Shown piece after piece: positions 24,089 to 35,872 of a DNA stretch of 64,000 nt. The position numbers were made by a program, and so were the translations under genes. Position 1 is the first letter of the stretch. Each line of letters opens with the position of its first letter. The notes beneath the pieces were generated by a model. The model did no database searches. It saw only the letters and a list, made by a program, of their open reading frames with translations, and was not told where the DNA came from. Source of the stretch: Octopus sinensis (lineage: Eukaryota); assembly GCF_006345805.1 (NCBI RefSeq), contig NC_043004.1:88102001-88166000 (forward strand), in the 5' to 3' direction.

Positions 24089-25444
24089 ACACACACACTC
24101 ATACACACACACGCACACACACTTACACAGTATATATATTAATCGATTTGGTGCAATTCTGTATAAGAATATGAATTGAGAGAAATAAAAATATAAAATA
24201 AAATAGATCTGAATTGCAAAATTTTTTATTTTTTATTCGAGCATATTTATAGTAATACAACAAATAATAGAGTGAGATACAAAAAGCAAATAATTTCAAA
24301 AAATTTATTGTATGAATAAAACGAAGAGAAATACTTGCTCTCTTCATCACTGCTCAACTTCGTTCGCCTATGAATTGACACTGTTCATATCAGTGATTCT
24401 ATTGAATGCTAGTTGAAAAATCCTCGTAGTTTTAGATTTTCTTTCTCTGAATCTCCCCCCTCGTCCCCTCATTGTCCAATGAATACAGAGATAGCACGCA
24501 TAACATGTAACAATAGTGTGAAATGACTCCAGTTCAGAACTCATGTCTCCTTCTGAGATGTGTTGGCTCATTGGTTGGATGGTGTATGGTGTGTGAGGCA
24601 ATCGCCGTATACAATAGCTTATAACATAACAGTTGAGGCTTTATTAACAGGATTGTGTATTTCCGCAGAAAGCAGTTCAACTGTTAGATGAATCTTTATC
24701 AAGACTTTCCAGCAAATGCTAATAAGATATCCGTATGAGCCGCTTAGATTTTCAATATCGTATTCATGCATCAGTACTTCTGTATACTCCGAAATATAAA
24801 TTAATACAATAATATAGAATGGACAGATGGGCAGTAACACACACGTGAAAATACACATCCATAAATATAATATACCCACACTGGCATACACTTATATACA
24901 CATGCGTGTCTACGTCAGTATTCGTTTGCATAAACTAACAAAAAAAACCCAATAACGACACTCGTACATACACAGCTATACGTTCAGACTCAAATATTTA
25001 CAAACACACTAAATAACTAATCAGATATGCATACGTAATTTTACATAGCCTCTCAGTAGATATAGTCTGGTACATACATCCACGCTTAAATGTATATGCA
25101 CAGTAATAATTTTTCATAGCATATCTCTACAGACTTCGTGTCAACATCATTAAAATCTGGAACCAAGAGGGACGTTCCGAAGACTACTAATTAAAAAAAA
25201 ATATGCAATAACAAACAATGTAAAGTAAACAATAAATAATATTGGAATAACAATAAACAACAATAAGAAAAACATCATCAAGAAAAGAAAGTGAGCAGTG
25301 TTATCAATATAAAAAAGACAAAACAAAACAAAACGATTATTTATCAAGTTTGTATGGTGGAGCAGACTGTAGCATGGTCGTTAAAAATCAGGATGAGTTC
25401 GATGCAGTAAAATAGTTTAGAATAATTGCTAAGTAATAATTGCT

Positions 25445-25576
25445 ATATGCTTACCAATCACATGGTTCCGGGTTCATTCCCACTGCGTGGAACCTTGGGC
25501 AAGTGTCTTCTACTATAGCCTCAGGCCGACCAATGTCAGTGGATTTGGTAGACAGAAACCGAAGGAAACCCGTCTA

Positions 25577-25626
<50 letters not shown>

Positions 25627-25862
25627 GCATGTGTGTGCATATGTTTGTGTGTCTGTGTTTGTCACCTCCAACATCGCTTGACAACCGATGCTGGTGTGTT
25701 TACGTCCCCGTAAATACACCAGCGGTTCAGCAAAAGAGCCCGATAGAATAAGTACCAGGCCTACAAAGAATATGTCCTGGGGAAGATTTGCTCGACTAAA
25801 TGTGGTGCTCCAGCATGGCCGCAGTCAAATGACTGAAACAAGTAAAAGAGTTAAAGAGTAAG
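25445..25862 (+). mobile_element. SINE family B, near full length
   Basis: As 7926-8323. Confidence 0.9.
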
Positions 25863-25899
25863 TAACGTTAACAATAGCATAATTATTAGCTCATTCAAT

Positions 25900-26240
25900 A
25901 CCGGGTTCAAATTTTGGCACAAGACCAGAAATTTCAAGGAGGGTTAAGTCGATTACATCAACCCCAATTCTCTACTTGTACTTATTTTATCGATTTCAAA
26001 AAAGATAAAAGGTAAAACCGACCTCGGAGGAATTTGAACTCAGAACATAAAACGAAAGTAATGCCGCCTTGTTCGCCGCCTCATTAAATATTGATTTCAA
26101 ATTTTGTCACAAGGCCTGTAATTTCGGTCAGTTATATCGCACTCAGTGCTTCAGTGGTACTTATTTTTTTGATCACCAAATGATGAAATTTGAACTCAAC
26201 GTAAAGACGGACGAAATGACGCTAAAGCATCTTAACCGGC
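25900..26240 (-). mobile_element. Two degenerate SINE family A copies in tandem
   Basis: Two aaattttg(g/t)cacaag tails and two atttgaactc B-box complements. Confidence 0.7.
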
Positions 26241-26424
26241 TTGCTAGCTGGCCATATTATTCAATATTAACATTAGTGACAATATCATAACGATACACCG
26301 CGGGACTTGCTAGAAATAACTTCCCAATTTCCCTTAAATTATTTATTACGTTTAAATTTATTTTGCCAAAATATTTTTGTCGCTTTGAGAGCGCGACCTG
26401 TTCACTGACAAAATTACTATTTCT

Positions 26425-26650
26425 TTACTACCCACAAGGGGCTAAACACAGAGGGGACAAACAAGAACAGATAAAGGGATTAAGTCGATTACATCGACCC
26501 CAATGCGTAACTGGTACTTATTTAATCGACCCCGAAAGGATGAAAGGCAAAGTCGACCTCGGCGGAATTTGAACTCACAACGTAACGGCAGACGAAATAC
26601 GGCTACGCATTTCGCCCGGCGTGCTAACGTTTCTGCCAGCTCGCCGCCTT
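26425..26650 (-). mobile_element. SINE family A, full length
   Basis: Close to the consensus of the in-window copies. Confidence 0.92.
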
Positions 26651-26956
26651 TCACTGACAAAGTTCCGTGTAGTAAGTAGCTAAATTACTAACCCCATGGA
26701 GCGGCACGGAATTTTGTTGCAGCACGGAATTAAATGTTGAAGTGAATCTAACGGTTTTGTGTGTTTCTTAAATGGCTTATAAACAACTTACACGCTGCAA
26801 TTGTTTTCGCTCCAGCACACGATCTCAGATCAGGTCACTTGCTATGCAAGTACATCTCCGTATTTCTTACACTTTTTCATATATACATACACACATTTGG
26901 TAGATATATGGACACATCCGAGGTGTGTCCATTTATATATATATATATATATATAT

Positions 26957-27167
26957 AACGGGAAGCTTTATGAAAATAAACAAAAGACGAAGGCAGGTGG
27001 AATACAAACAAACAATTGTATTAGTATGGCGCTCAGGAATATAAATAAAACAAGTCTTTTACGTTTCGAGTCTACGCTCTTCAACAGAAAGATACACGGA
27101 AAAGAAACACGGAGAGAAACAAGGAGAGAAAAAAAAATGCGTGCGGAGGCTAGCGAATCAACATGGC

Positions 27168-27168
<1 letters not shown>
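26957..27168 (-). mobile_element. Hammerhead-bearing element family H1, in (TA)n
   Basis: (TA)n on both flanks; aligns with 54258-54470. Confidence 0.8.
27055..27092 (-). ncRNA. Minimal hammerhead motif, variant core CUGUUGA
   Basis: tcttt CTGTTGA A GAGC gtag ACTC GAA ACGT A aaaga (one stem II mismatch). Confidence 0.55.
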
Positions 27169-27204
<36 letters not shown>

Positions 27205-27206
<2 letters not shown>

Positions 27207-27420
27207 ATACTCTTTTATTCTTTATTCTTTTATTTCAGTCATTTGACTACGGCCATGCTGGAGCAGCGCCTTAAAGGGTTTCAGTCGAAGAAATCAAACC
27301 CAGGACTAATTCTTTGTAAGCTCTGTACTTATGCTATCGGTCTCTTTGCCGAATCGGTAAGTTACGGGTACATAAACACGCCAGCATCAGTTGTCAAGTG
27401 ATGACAGGAGGACAAACACA
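27205..27420 (-). mobile_element. SINE family B, 3' half
   Basis: tttcagtcatttgactacggccatgctggagca. Confidence 0.85.
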
Positions 27421-27629
27421 CACGCACACACACATACACACATACACACACACACACAAAATGCATACATACATACATCTATATATTACGTCATCCCATA
27501 AATAATGCGGAAAGTCGGAGGGGGGTGGGGTAAACTACCTGCATCAACTCGCTATAAAAGCAGGTAGTAATTTTACCTTGCCCTTATTCTTAGTGCAAGC
27601 TTTGAACAGTGCAGCTATAATGAAGGTGA

Positions 27630-28260
27630 TAAAGAAGACTCAAGATGGCAGGTAAGGCTATATAAGTGCTACGTGAGAAACGTAGTTAGACTCTTGATTA
27701 GATAATAATACAAGTGAGGAGTCTAATGCAGGTCTTGTGTGAGCATGTATATGTTAAATAAAACGAGACAACAAACCCAAGGCTGTGTGGAATTTAAAGG
27801 ACATGTCTAAAGAGAAAGGTTGTCTTACAGCTGTTTCTGGGATATTAGAGATGTCTCTTCATCAGACGCGATACGGAGAGTTAACTAGAGGAAAATTAGG
27901 GTTCAATATAAGGATTTATTTTGGAAAAGGATGGATATAGGAAGTATAAATCGAAATAAGAAAATAAAAATAAGATTAAAAATATATGTTGGATGTTACA
28001 ATTGCAGTTCCATTATCCAAGGAAAGTGCTGTGTAGAATGGGTAGAAATGCTTCTTGTCCATGGTATGTAGATTCCAATAGGAGTTCATATTTTGTTATT
28101 ACAAATGGAAAGTGTGGAGACATAAATTCCGTGTGCTGTTCATCAAAAGGGGTCTTTGTAGTGTGAATGAAATAATTGTTTATAATTAACAGCATATTAA
28201 TCATTAATCAATTCTTTTATATGAATATAATCTATATGCTTTTTATAAATATACCTGTTA
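27630..28260 (-). mobile_element. Penelope-like terminal region with hammerhead (family H3)
   Basis: Minus 27822-27865: CTGATGA..TATCCCA GAA ACAGCTGT A agac; homologous to 20430-20760. Confidence 0.55.
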
Positions 28261-28354
28261 TTTTAAGGAAATTAATTCCACCAAAAGACTAGGTTTTGAA
28301 CCAATATATCCTTGGATGAAACCATCCCTTCATGAGGTTAACACAATCTCTAAT

Positions 28355-28458
28355 CGTAATTAGCGGTATTTCATCTGTCTTCTGAGTTCAAATTCCGCCG
28401 AAGTCGACCCTGCCTTTCGGGGTCGATAAATTTCGGGCCTTGTGCCTAGAGTAGAAAA

Positions 28459-28460
<2 letters not shown>
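28355..28460 (+). mobile_element. SINE family A, internally deleted, tail gggccttgtgcctagagtagaaaag
   Basis: gagttcaaattccgccgaagtcgac. Confidence 0.8.
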
Positions 28461-28489
<29 letters not shown>

Positions 28490-28494
<5 letters not shown>

Positions 28495-28650
28495 GACGAA
28501 CTCCTTTCCGTTTCCGTCTACCATATCCACTCACAAGGCTTTGGTCAGCCCTAGATTATAGGAGACACTTACTCAAGATGCCACACAGTAGGACTGAACC
28601 CGGAACTATGTGGTTGGGAAGCAAGCTTCTTACCACACAGCCTCACCTGT
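28490..28650 (-). mobile_element. SINE family B, 5' half
   Basis: ggactgaacccggaactatgtggttggg..cttaccacacagcc. Confidence 0.85.
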
Positions 28651-29479
28651 GCTTATGATTAAGGAAATTCATGTGCGTGGTCTGCGTATTGCACCAGATT
28701 TTTTATCACTTCTGCAGACTAGATTGTATATTTGTTACAGAGTTAAAAGTTGGTCACAACTGAAGTGTTTATTGTATTAGAAAATTGAAGCTGTTTGAGT
28801 TATATTAAGAATCTGTGGTCGTCATTAGAGACTATTGACATTTGTAAGGACTGCCTTACAATTTCCAATTGCACTTGTCAAATTTTTTTTATTAGTATTA
28901 ACCGAATATTGTCCAACTGTAGAATGGAAGATTGCATGACTAGGATTTAAAAAGATTTCTTAATATGTGTAGTTTCAACAGTTTGGTGTCGTAAAACACA
29001 GGAAATCTTTAAGCTTTCTGTGGTTGATAAATGTTCGCGCACACACACACACACGTGCGTGCGCGCAACAATACAAGAAGCTGGAAAAGATTTTGGGTAC
29101 AGTTTATTCACCATTACACATGTTCCATTTGCTAATAGGAATTGCAATGTTTTACATGTTAAACATGAGGACACAGCTTGGATTTCACTCTACTTAAATA
29201 TAATTATATAATATTATATATATATATATATATAAACATAATCAAAAAGGGTAATAACATAAGTTATTATTACCAGTGGCCTAGCACAAAAGACGAATTA
29301 GTCATTAGACAAAATATTATTCATATAGAAATATAATAAAAGGCTCCCAAATAAGGAAGCTTAGTGCTAGATACACAAAGAGGGATAAATTCATGGAAAG
29401 AATGAAAATCAAAAACATTTACCATTAAAGATATATCCCAGACTGATCAGTTTCTACCTCTTTTTAGCAAAACAGACAG

Positions 29480-29536
29480 AATGTGTTTGCCAAGGCAAGG
29501 CTTCCCACTGACGAACCTTGCCATGGCAAACACATT
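29480..29536. other. 57-nt hairpin in unique sequence (pre-miRNA-like)
   Basis: Arms 29480-29500 and 29516-29536 pair at 20 of 21 positions; 15-nt loop. Confidence 0.4.
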
Positions 29537-30369
29537 GCTTTAAGGGGCAAATATAATATATATGTGTTATCTTCAGCTTAAGAATATGTGAGTTTGGAGT
29601 TGAACACTGTTAGGGTTTTGCTGAAAGCAAGGGAAGTCCTTCACAGAAATCTTTTATACTTATCTAGTCATTTTAAGATTTGCAGTCACAGGTAGACTAC
29701 ACCTTCCTGAGTAGGTCAAATAACTAAAACGCGTCCGAAGATATTGTGCTGTCAAAGATCGCATTCATTCAACACAGCATTCTATATTTAATTCATGAAT
29801 TTTCATTAATTAAACTTTTGTGGTTTTCTCCTTTTTCTTCATTGAAGAGTTTCAGTTCATTTGGAAAAGGTTGTTTTCATTTCTAAGACTGTAATTATAA
29901 TTAATTATCTAATTATTTGTATCTTTTTCTTACTACATCAAGTGTGAAAGGGCTCACTTTACTATTAAAAAAAACGACGAGTTCATTAATATCAAATATA
30001 TAAATTGCTAGAATCAGGTGAAATGATAAACCAATCTATATGAAATTTCCAGTGCAGGCAGTTAATGGCTGGCGAAGCTTGTAAGCAGGTACCTTACACT
30101 TACTGCTGTTGAGAGATTAAAGCGGACAGGTTGACAGAGGATAGTTTAGTGAAAGTTGAAAACAGTAGTCTCATTAGACGGTGAATCGGAAGAATGGTTA
30201 AAGCAGCGTTATTTGTCCGGATCACTGCGCTCTGAGATCGAATTTTAATCGAAGCTAACTTTACTTTTCATCCTTTCAGAGTTGGTTGATATAGTACCAA
30301 AGTACCAACCAAGTAAAGGAGCTGCTTCCTTTTCTATCTGTTTGAGAGGTGTTGAGGAATTTCGGGAAG

Positions 30370-30475
30370 TAGGGAATTTTTGAAGAATGCAGTTAAAAAT
30401 CCCCGCCGGTAGTTTATTCCAAGCTTCGACAATTCTAAACGTAAAAAAATGTTTCGAAATTTCATATAATTCAAA
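30370..30475 (-). mobile_element. CR1/L2-clade LINE 3' remnant
   Basis: KHFFTFRIVEAWNKLPAGIFNC matches the typical CR1 ORF2 C-terminal FF..R.V..WN.LP motif. Confidence 0.65.
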
Positions 30476-30814
30476 AAGGTGAGAAAAGTTGTTGAAAAAT
30501 GATGGATAATTTTGAGGGTTTCTACCAAGCCACCTGCTAGATGCCGAAGCCTTCCGTTCAAAAAATGGCGACTGCGTAGATCTACTACAAGATTCCATTT
30601 TGTTTAAATCCATGCATTCAGTCTAGTTCGGTTTCAAACTTACCCAATATCAATTTACGAATTTATAAGATTCCTTAAAAAACAGTAAAATATGTTGCAT
30701 ATTTATCCTGCCAAATATTTCTGAATGATTTATGTAAAGTTTTAAGATTGTAATTCTTTGAATTATTAATCTCATCTTTGGAATTGAAATATCCACTTTT
30801 AAATATCTAACATC

Positions 30815-31035
30815 TGCGAGCTGGTAGAACTAATAACATGCCGATCAAAATGCTTCACGCCACTTCGTCTGTCTTTACGTACCGAGTTTAAATTCCGCCG
30901 GCGTCGATTTTGCCTTTGATATTTTTGGGGTCGATAAAATAGGTACCAGTTGTACACACGGGGAGGGGGTGGCGATGTAATCGACTTATTCCCTTCTCTG
31001 AAATTGGTGACTCTGTGCCAAAATTTGAAACGAGT
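30815..31035 (+). mobile_element. SINE family A, with KpnI site (ggtacc)
   Basis: gcgagctggtagaa..aaattccgccggcgtcgattttgcc..gtgccaaaatttgaaac. Confidence 0.85.
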
Positions 31036-31519
31036 ATTTAACATCTGCACTACAATCATTAGGAGTTTTATATATCCTCGAATAAAACATCTGACGATTA
31101 TTTGAGATCAAACAGATTAAAACATACTGTAAATAAAATATATACAAAATTGTTTTATTTCTAAAGTTGAGGTTAAAAGTCTGAAAAATTCGACTGGCAG
31201 ACCTGGAACAGAGTTGACATGTCATTGAAGAGGTTACGAATGGCGACCATAGAACTTAGCTGACTGACTGATTAACTGAACGATGCTTTATTTAATTGGT
31301 TAAATGGCCAACTAATTGACTAATAGTAATGAAAGAAGTGAAATCGAACCAGTGCATGTGTTCATTATTGGCATACTGACCCTCCTGTGACAAAATATGT
31401 TTCAACTTACGAGATCATCTCAAGAATATTGCAAACCAAATACAGAAGCGAATTGTCATTTTATTTAAAATTACAACTAAATATTATGTATTTTCTATTT
31501 AATTACATTGAAAAGAGTG

Positions 31520-31700
31520 ACAAGCTGACACGAAGGATAAAATTCTTAGCGGTATTTCGTCCGTTTTTACGTTTGAATTCAAATTCCATCAAGATCAACT
31601 TTGCCCTTTCATCACTCCGGGGTCGATGAAATAAGTAACACTTGAACGCTGGGGTCAATGTAATCGACTAGATCCATCCCATCAAATTTTACACATATTC
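31520..31700 (+). mobile_element. SINE family A, degenerate
   Basis: Body motifs ggggtcgatgaaataagtaac..gctggggtcaatgtaatcgact. Confidence 0.75.
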
Positions 31701-32289
31701 TATGCATTGTGCCTATATAAGGATTTAATCACAACTTATTCTTGAATTATTAACATTTCCATTGTAGTGTTCAATTTCTTATAAGATTTTACTTTAAGTA
31801 GAACTCTATATTCGCTTTAAGACGTCGAAGCCATGTGCCTAGGCTAGAGTCGTTATAATTCTTGGTCTTTGACCTACTCTTGTCCGTTCATTGGATTATA
31901 TTAAATTATGGACTACGATGTTACGTCCAGTGCCTATTTTATTGATTTTGTTTGCATCGACAAACTACGAAAGGAAAATGTTGGAGGCTGGAGATCTCTA
32001 TCGTATTTACATAATGTTTGCGATTGTCGACATTTGTAAATATTGGTTTATTTATTATGTAAAAGCAACCACTTTAGTTTATGAGGGGATAGAAAATAAG
32101 ATTAGACGGTGTTTGTAACTCACTAAAGTGTTATTAGGTGATGCATTAACGGGAAATATCTTTAATTAGGATTTGAAACCAAGACGCAAATAATTGAGTA
32201 ATGTACAACACTATTCCTAAGTATATATTGGTTTCATTTTAATTCGATAAATGGGGTGTAGCAACGTTTATGTCTGTCCTTAGGATATT

Positions 32290-32480
32290 AAGAGCATAAG
32301 AAGAATCGGTGGCATAGTGGACAAAATGCTTAGAATAATTTCTTCCAGTAATACGATGTGTGTAAAAATTCCGCCGAATTCGATTTTGCTTTTCATCCTT
32401 TCGGGGTCGACAAAATAAGTACCAGTTGAACATTGAGATGGATGTAATCGATAAAACCCATCCCGTCACGACGGCCAGTC
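32290..32480 (+). mobile_element. SINE family A, degenerate
   Basis: tttcatcctttcggggtcgacaaaataagtaccagttg. Confidence 0.75.
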
Positions 32481-32534
32481 AAAATTCGAAATTATATTAA
32501 GAGTATTAGAAAAATATTCATGTATCAATTCCTC

Positions 32535-33240
32535 TGCGTGGCACCTTGGGGAAGTGCATTCTACTATAACCTCAGGGTGATCAAAGCCTTGGTAGACGGA
32601 AACTGAAAGAAGCCTGTCGAATATATATGTATAAATATATATATAAGGGAATGATCTTCTCTCTTCGCTCTTTTGCGCTACATGGGCTCAACTCTCCTCC
32701 CCTCTTCTCTAAACTCTTCCCCTCGCCTCTCTCCCCCCACACCTACTTCCTCTCATCTACCTCTTCTCTCTTGCTCCTACTCCTACTCTCCTTCTCTCTT
32801 CTTTTCACTCCTACCCACCTTCTCCTTCCCCATTCATCGTTATCCATCCCTCTGAAGCCCACCCCACCTTCACTATCCTTCCCCATTCCACCCCACCCCA
32901 TCTTTTATACCCACTCCCACATACCCCACCTCTACTCCACCCTCCGCCTACCCACATACCCCACCTTTACTCCCAACCTCCGCCTACCCACATATTTTCC
33001 CTCTCTCTCTCTATATATGTGTGTGTGTGTCTTTGTGTCTGTGTTTGTCCTCCACTACCGATTGAAAATCGATGTTGGCGTGTTTAAGTACCCCGAAACT
33101 TAGCGAATCGACAAAAGAAATTGATAAAATAAGTACTAGGCGTTAAAAAAAAACGTCCTAGAGTCGATTTGTCTGACTAAGATCCTTCAAGGCAGTGCAC
33201 CAGCATGGCCGCAGTCAAATTACTGAAACCAGTAAAAGGA
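32535..33240 (+). mobile_element. SINE family B split at its central microsatellite by a ~370-bp C/T-rich tract
   Basis: 5' half 32535-32625, pyrimidine tract 32640-33010, 3' half 33015-33240. Confidence 0.75.
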
Positions 33241-33429
33241 AAAAGATCCATCTAGAATCGAAACTGGTTCGTTTTGTTCAAGTAGTCGTTTGTTTACTTC
33301 TGTATCTACGACGACATTAGTAAATATTAGTTGGAAAACGATAACGATTTGAGTTTCTACTTAATGAAATGACAAGATAGTCGAAACTAGACAGACGGTA
33401 TTTGTAACATGTTAAATTAAATAGAAGAA

Positions 33430-33432
33430 TCC

Positions 33433-33510
<78 letters not shown>

Positions 33511-33511
33511 G

Positions 33512-33546
<35 letters not shown>

Positions 33547-33837
33547 CTTGCACGCAAACACCGACATATACACATATCATTTATATATATATATCTATAA
33601 ATGATATATCTATGTGTTTACGTGCAAGCGTGTGTAGTATATATATATATATGTATGTATGTATAAAATAATAAATGTACACACATGCGTACATCTATCT
33701 ATATGTATACATATATATATATGTGTGTGTGTGCATGTATGTAAAAAATATATGTATATTGATATATATATATATATTCATATTATATATATATTCATAT
33801 ATATATATTATATATATATAATATATATATATATATA

Positions 33838-33876
<39 letters not shown>

Positions 33877-34010
33877 TTATATGTATGTATACATATATAT
33901 TCATATATATATATCCATATATATATATATTCACATATATATATAGATTTACACACACACATATATAGACATATAATGTATATGTATAAATGTACGAATG
34001 TATGCATATA
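33430..34010. repeat. (TA)n-rich microsatellite field
   Basis: Direct. Confidence 0.9.
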
Positions 34011-34321
34011 TGTTCACCGAGTTTCATCAATACTTGTCGAAAATGTAAATTAAGCGAGCGACTTTGATTCAGATTGAATTGCATACAAGATTTATGGTTT
34101 TGTAATGTTTAATAAAGCAGGAATTTGATTTCTAGTTTATATTCCTTTTCAGCGCTAAATGAAGTCGTAAAGTAAATCACGAGGCTTTAAAGATAGCTGA
34201 TGCGTTAATGATGAAGTCTTATTTCCAGGTCTCCCTCATTTGATCTCGCTTGTTTGATATTTGATAAGAAATCCTTTGAATTCTTCGGTGTAATAGGTTT
34301 CATTTAATAATAATAATAATA

Positions 34322-34735
34322 ATGGTTTCAAATTTTGGCACAGGTCCAGTGGGCTCGGGACAAGTCGATTATATTGACCTCAGTGTTCAACTGGTATTTA
34401 TTTTATCGGACCCGAAAGGATGAAATGTAGAGTCGACCATGGCGGGATTTGAACTCAGATGGTAAACACTGACGAAATGCCGTCAGACATTTTGTCACTT
34501 TAATAATAATGATAATAATCCTTTCTACTGTAGGCACAAAGCCTTAAATTTTAGGGAGAGGAGACAAGTCGATTACATCGACCTCAGTGTTTCACTGGTA
34601 CTTAATTTATCGACCCCGAAAGGGGGAAATGCAAAGTCGACCTCAGCGGGATTTAAAATCAGAACTTAAAGACGGACGGAATGCCGCAAAGCATTTTGCC
34701 CGACGTGCTAACGACTCTGCCAGCTTGCTGCCTTT

Positions 34736-34776
<41 letters not shown>

Positions 34777-34994
34777 CCTTTCTACTGGAAGCATAAGGCC
34801 TCAAATTTGGGGGAAGGGATTTTATTCGATTACATCGACCCCAGTGCGTAACTGGTAATAATTTTATCCAACGCGAAAGGATGAAAGGCAAAGTCGACCT
34901 CAGTGGAATTTGAACTTAGAACGCAAAGACGGACGAAATGTCGCTAAGCATTTCACTCGACGTGCAAATTATGATTTTGCCAGCTCGCGCCTTT

Positions 34995-34995
<1 letters not shown>
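34322..34995 (-). mobile_element. Head-to-tail array of three SINE family A copies separated by (TAA)n
   Basis: Copies at about 34322-34500, 34517-34736 and 34773-34995. Confidence 0.9.
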
Positions 34996-35073
<78 letters not shown>

Positions 35074-35139
35074 TGTGTATGTACATACATGTGCACATGT
35101 ATATACAAATAAAGAGAGGAAGAGAGTGTTAGTATCTCA

Positions 35140-35655
35140 ATAACAACTCTCATGGGAACCCCGCGAACGACTCATGAAATCACGATGCAACAAAGCAACG
35201 AAAGAATTAACGGCGAGAATGGACCTATAGACGATCATAGTGAATGTTTCCCGCCCGGCACGTCTGAAACCGCCCGCATCGTGTGCAGTGATCTGACTTC
35301 GGACGGTTGTTATGTCACAACAGATCATATACATGGTGTGCGCAAAAACAGACATAAGTGGACAAAGGAAGAGTACGATACACTTATTGAATATTATGAA
35401 AGAGAATGCGAGAGGGTAATGTAAAAGTGATACCAGTGGTGATCGGAGCGTTGGGCTCAATCCCTTTTAAACTTCAAGACTTCTTAAGACAACTGTAAAT
35501 CCCATGCAAGAATGATGTTTTGCAAAAAACAGCCTTATTGGGCACAGCGCACATCTTAAGGAAAGTATTATCTGTCTGAGGTCATTGTTGTGACTTGACA
35601 GATGACTAAAGGCTCTCGTGCATTTTTACCTACGCTGTGTTACGAAGGATTAATA
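35140..35655 (+). mobile_element. Internally deleted R4/Dong element (SIDE-like), ~500 bp
   Basis: RHKWTKEEYDTLIEYYE fused at about 35418 to NVKVIPVVIGALGSIP..LQKTALLGTAHILRKVLSV*, then 3' UTR and AAT tail. Confidence 0.85.
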
Positions 35656-35872
35656 ATCCTTTCTACTATAGACACAAAAGGGAAATTTTCGGTGTGGGGA
35701 CTAGTCGATTACATCGAACTCAGTGTTTCACTGATACTTAATTTATCGACTCTGAAAGGAAGAAAGACTATATCGGCCTCGGCGGAATTTGATGTCAGAA
35801 CGTAAGGACGGACGAAATACCGTTAAGCATTTTACCCGGCGTGCTAACGATTTTATCAGCTTGCCGCCTTTG
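35645..35872 (-). mobile_element. SINE family A
   Basis: Fourth copy of the cluster. Confidence 0.85.

Noticed and set aside
28013-28204. 63-aa ORF with non-repetitive composition
   Set aside because: Lies within the Penelope-like terminal region; no recognisable domain, so not called as a gene.
34322-35872. Regularly spaced repeats superficially like a CRISPR or attC array
   Set aside because: Units are 200-bp eukaryotic SINEs separated by (TAA)n; there are no unique spacers and no cas or integrase genes.
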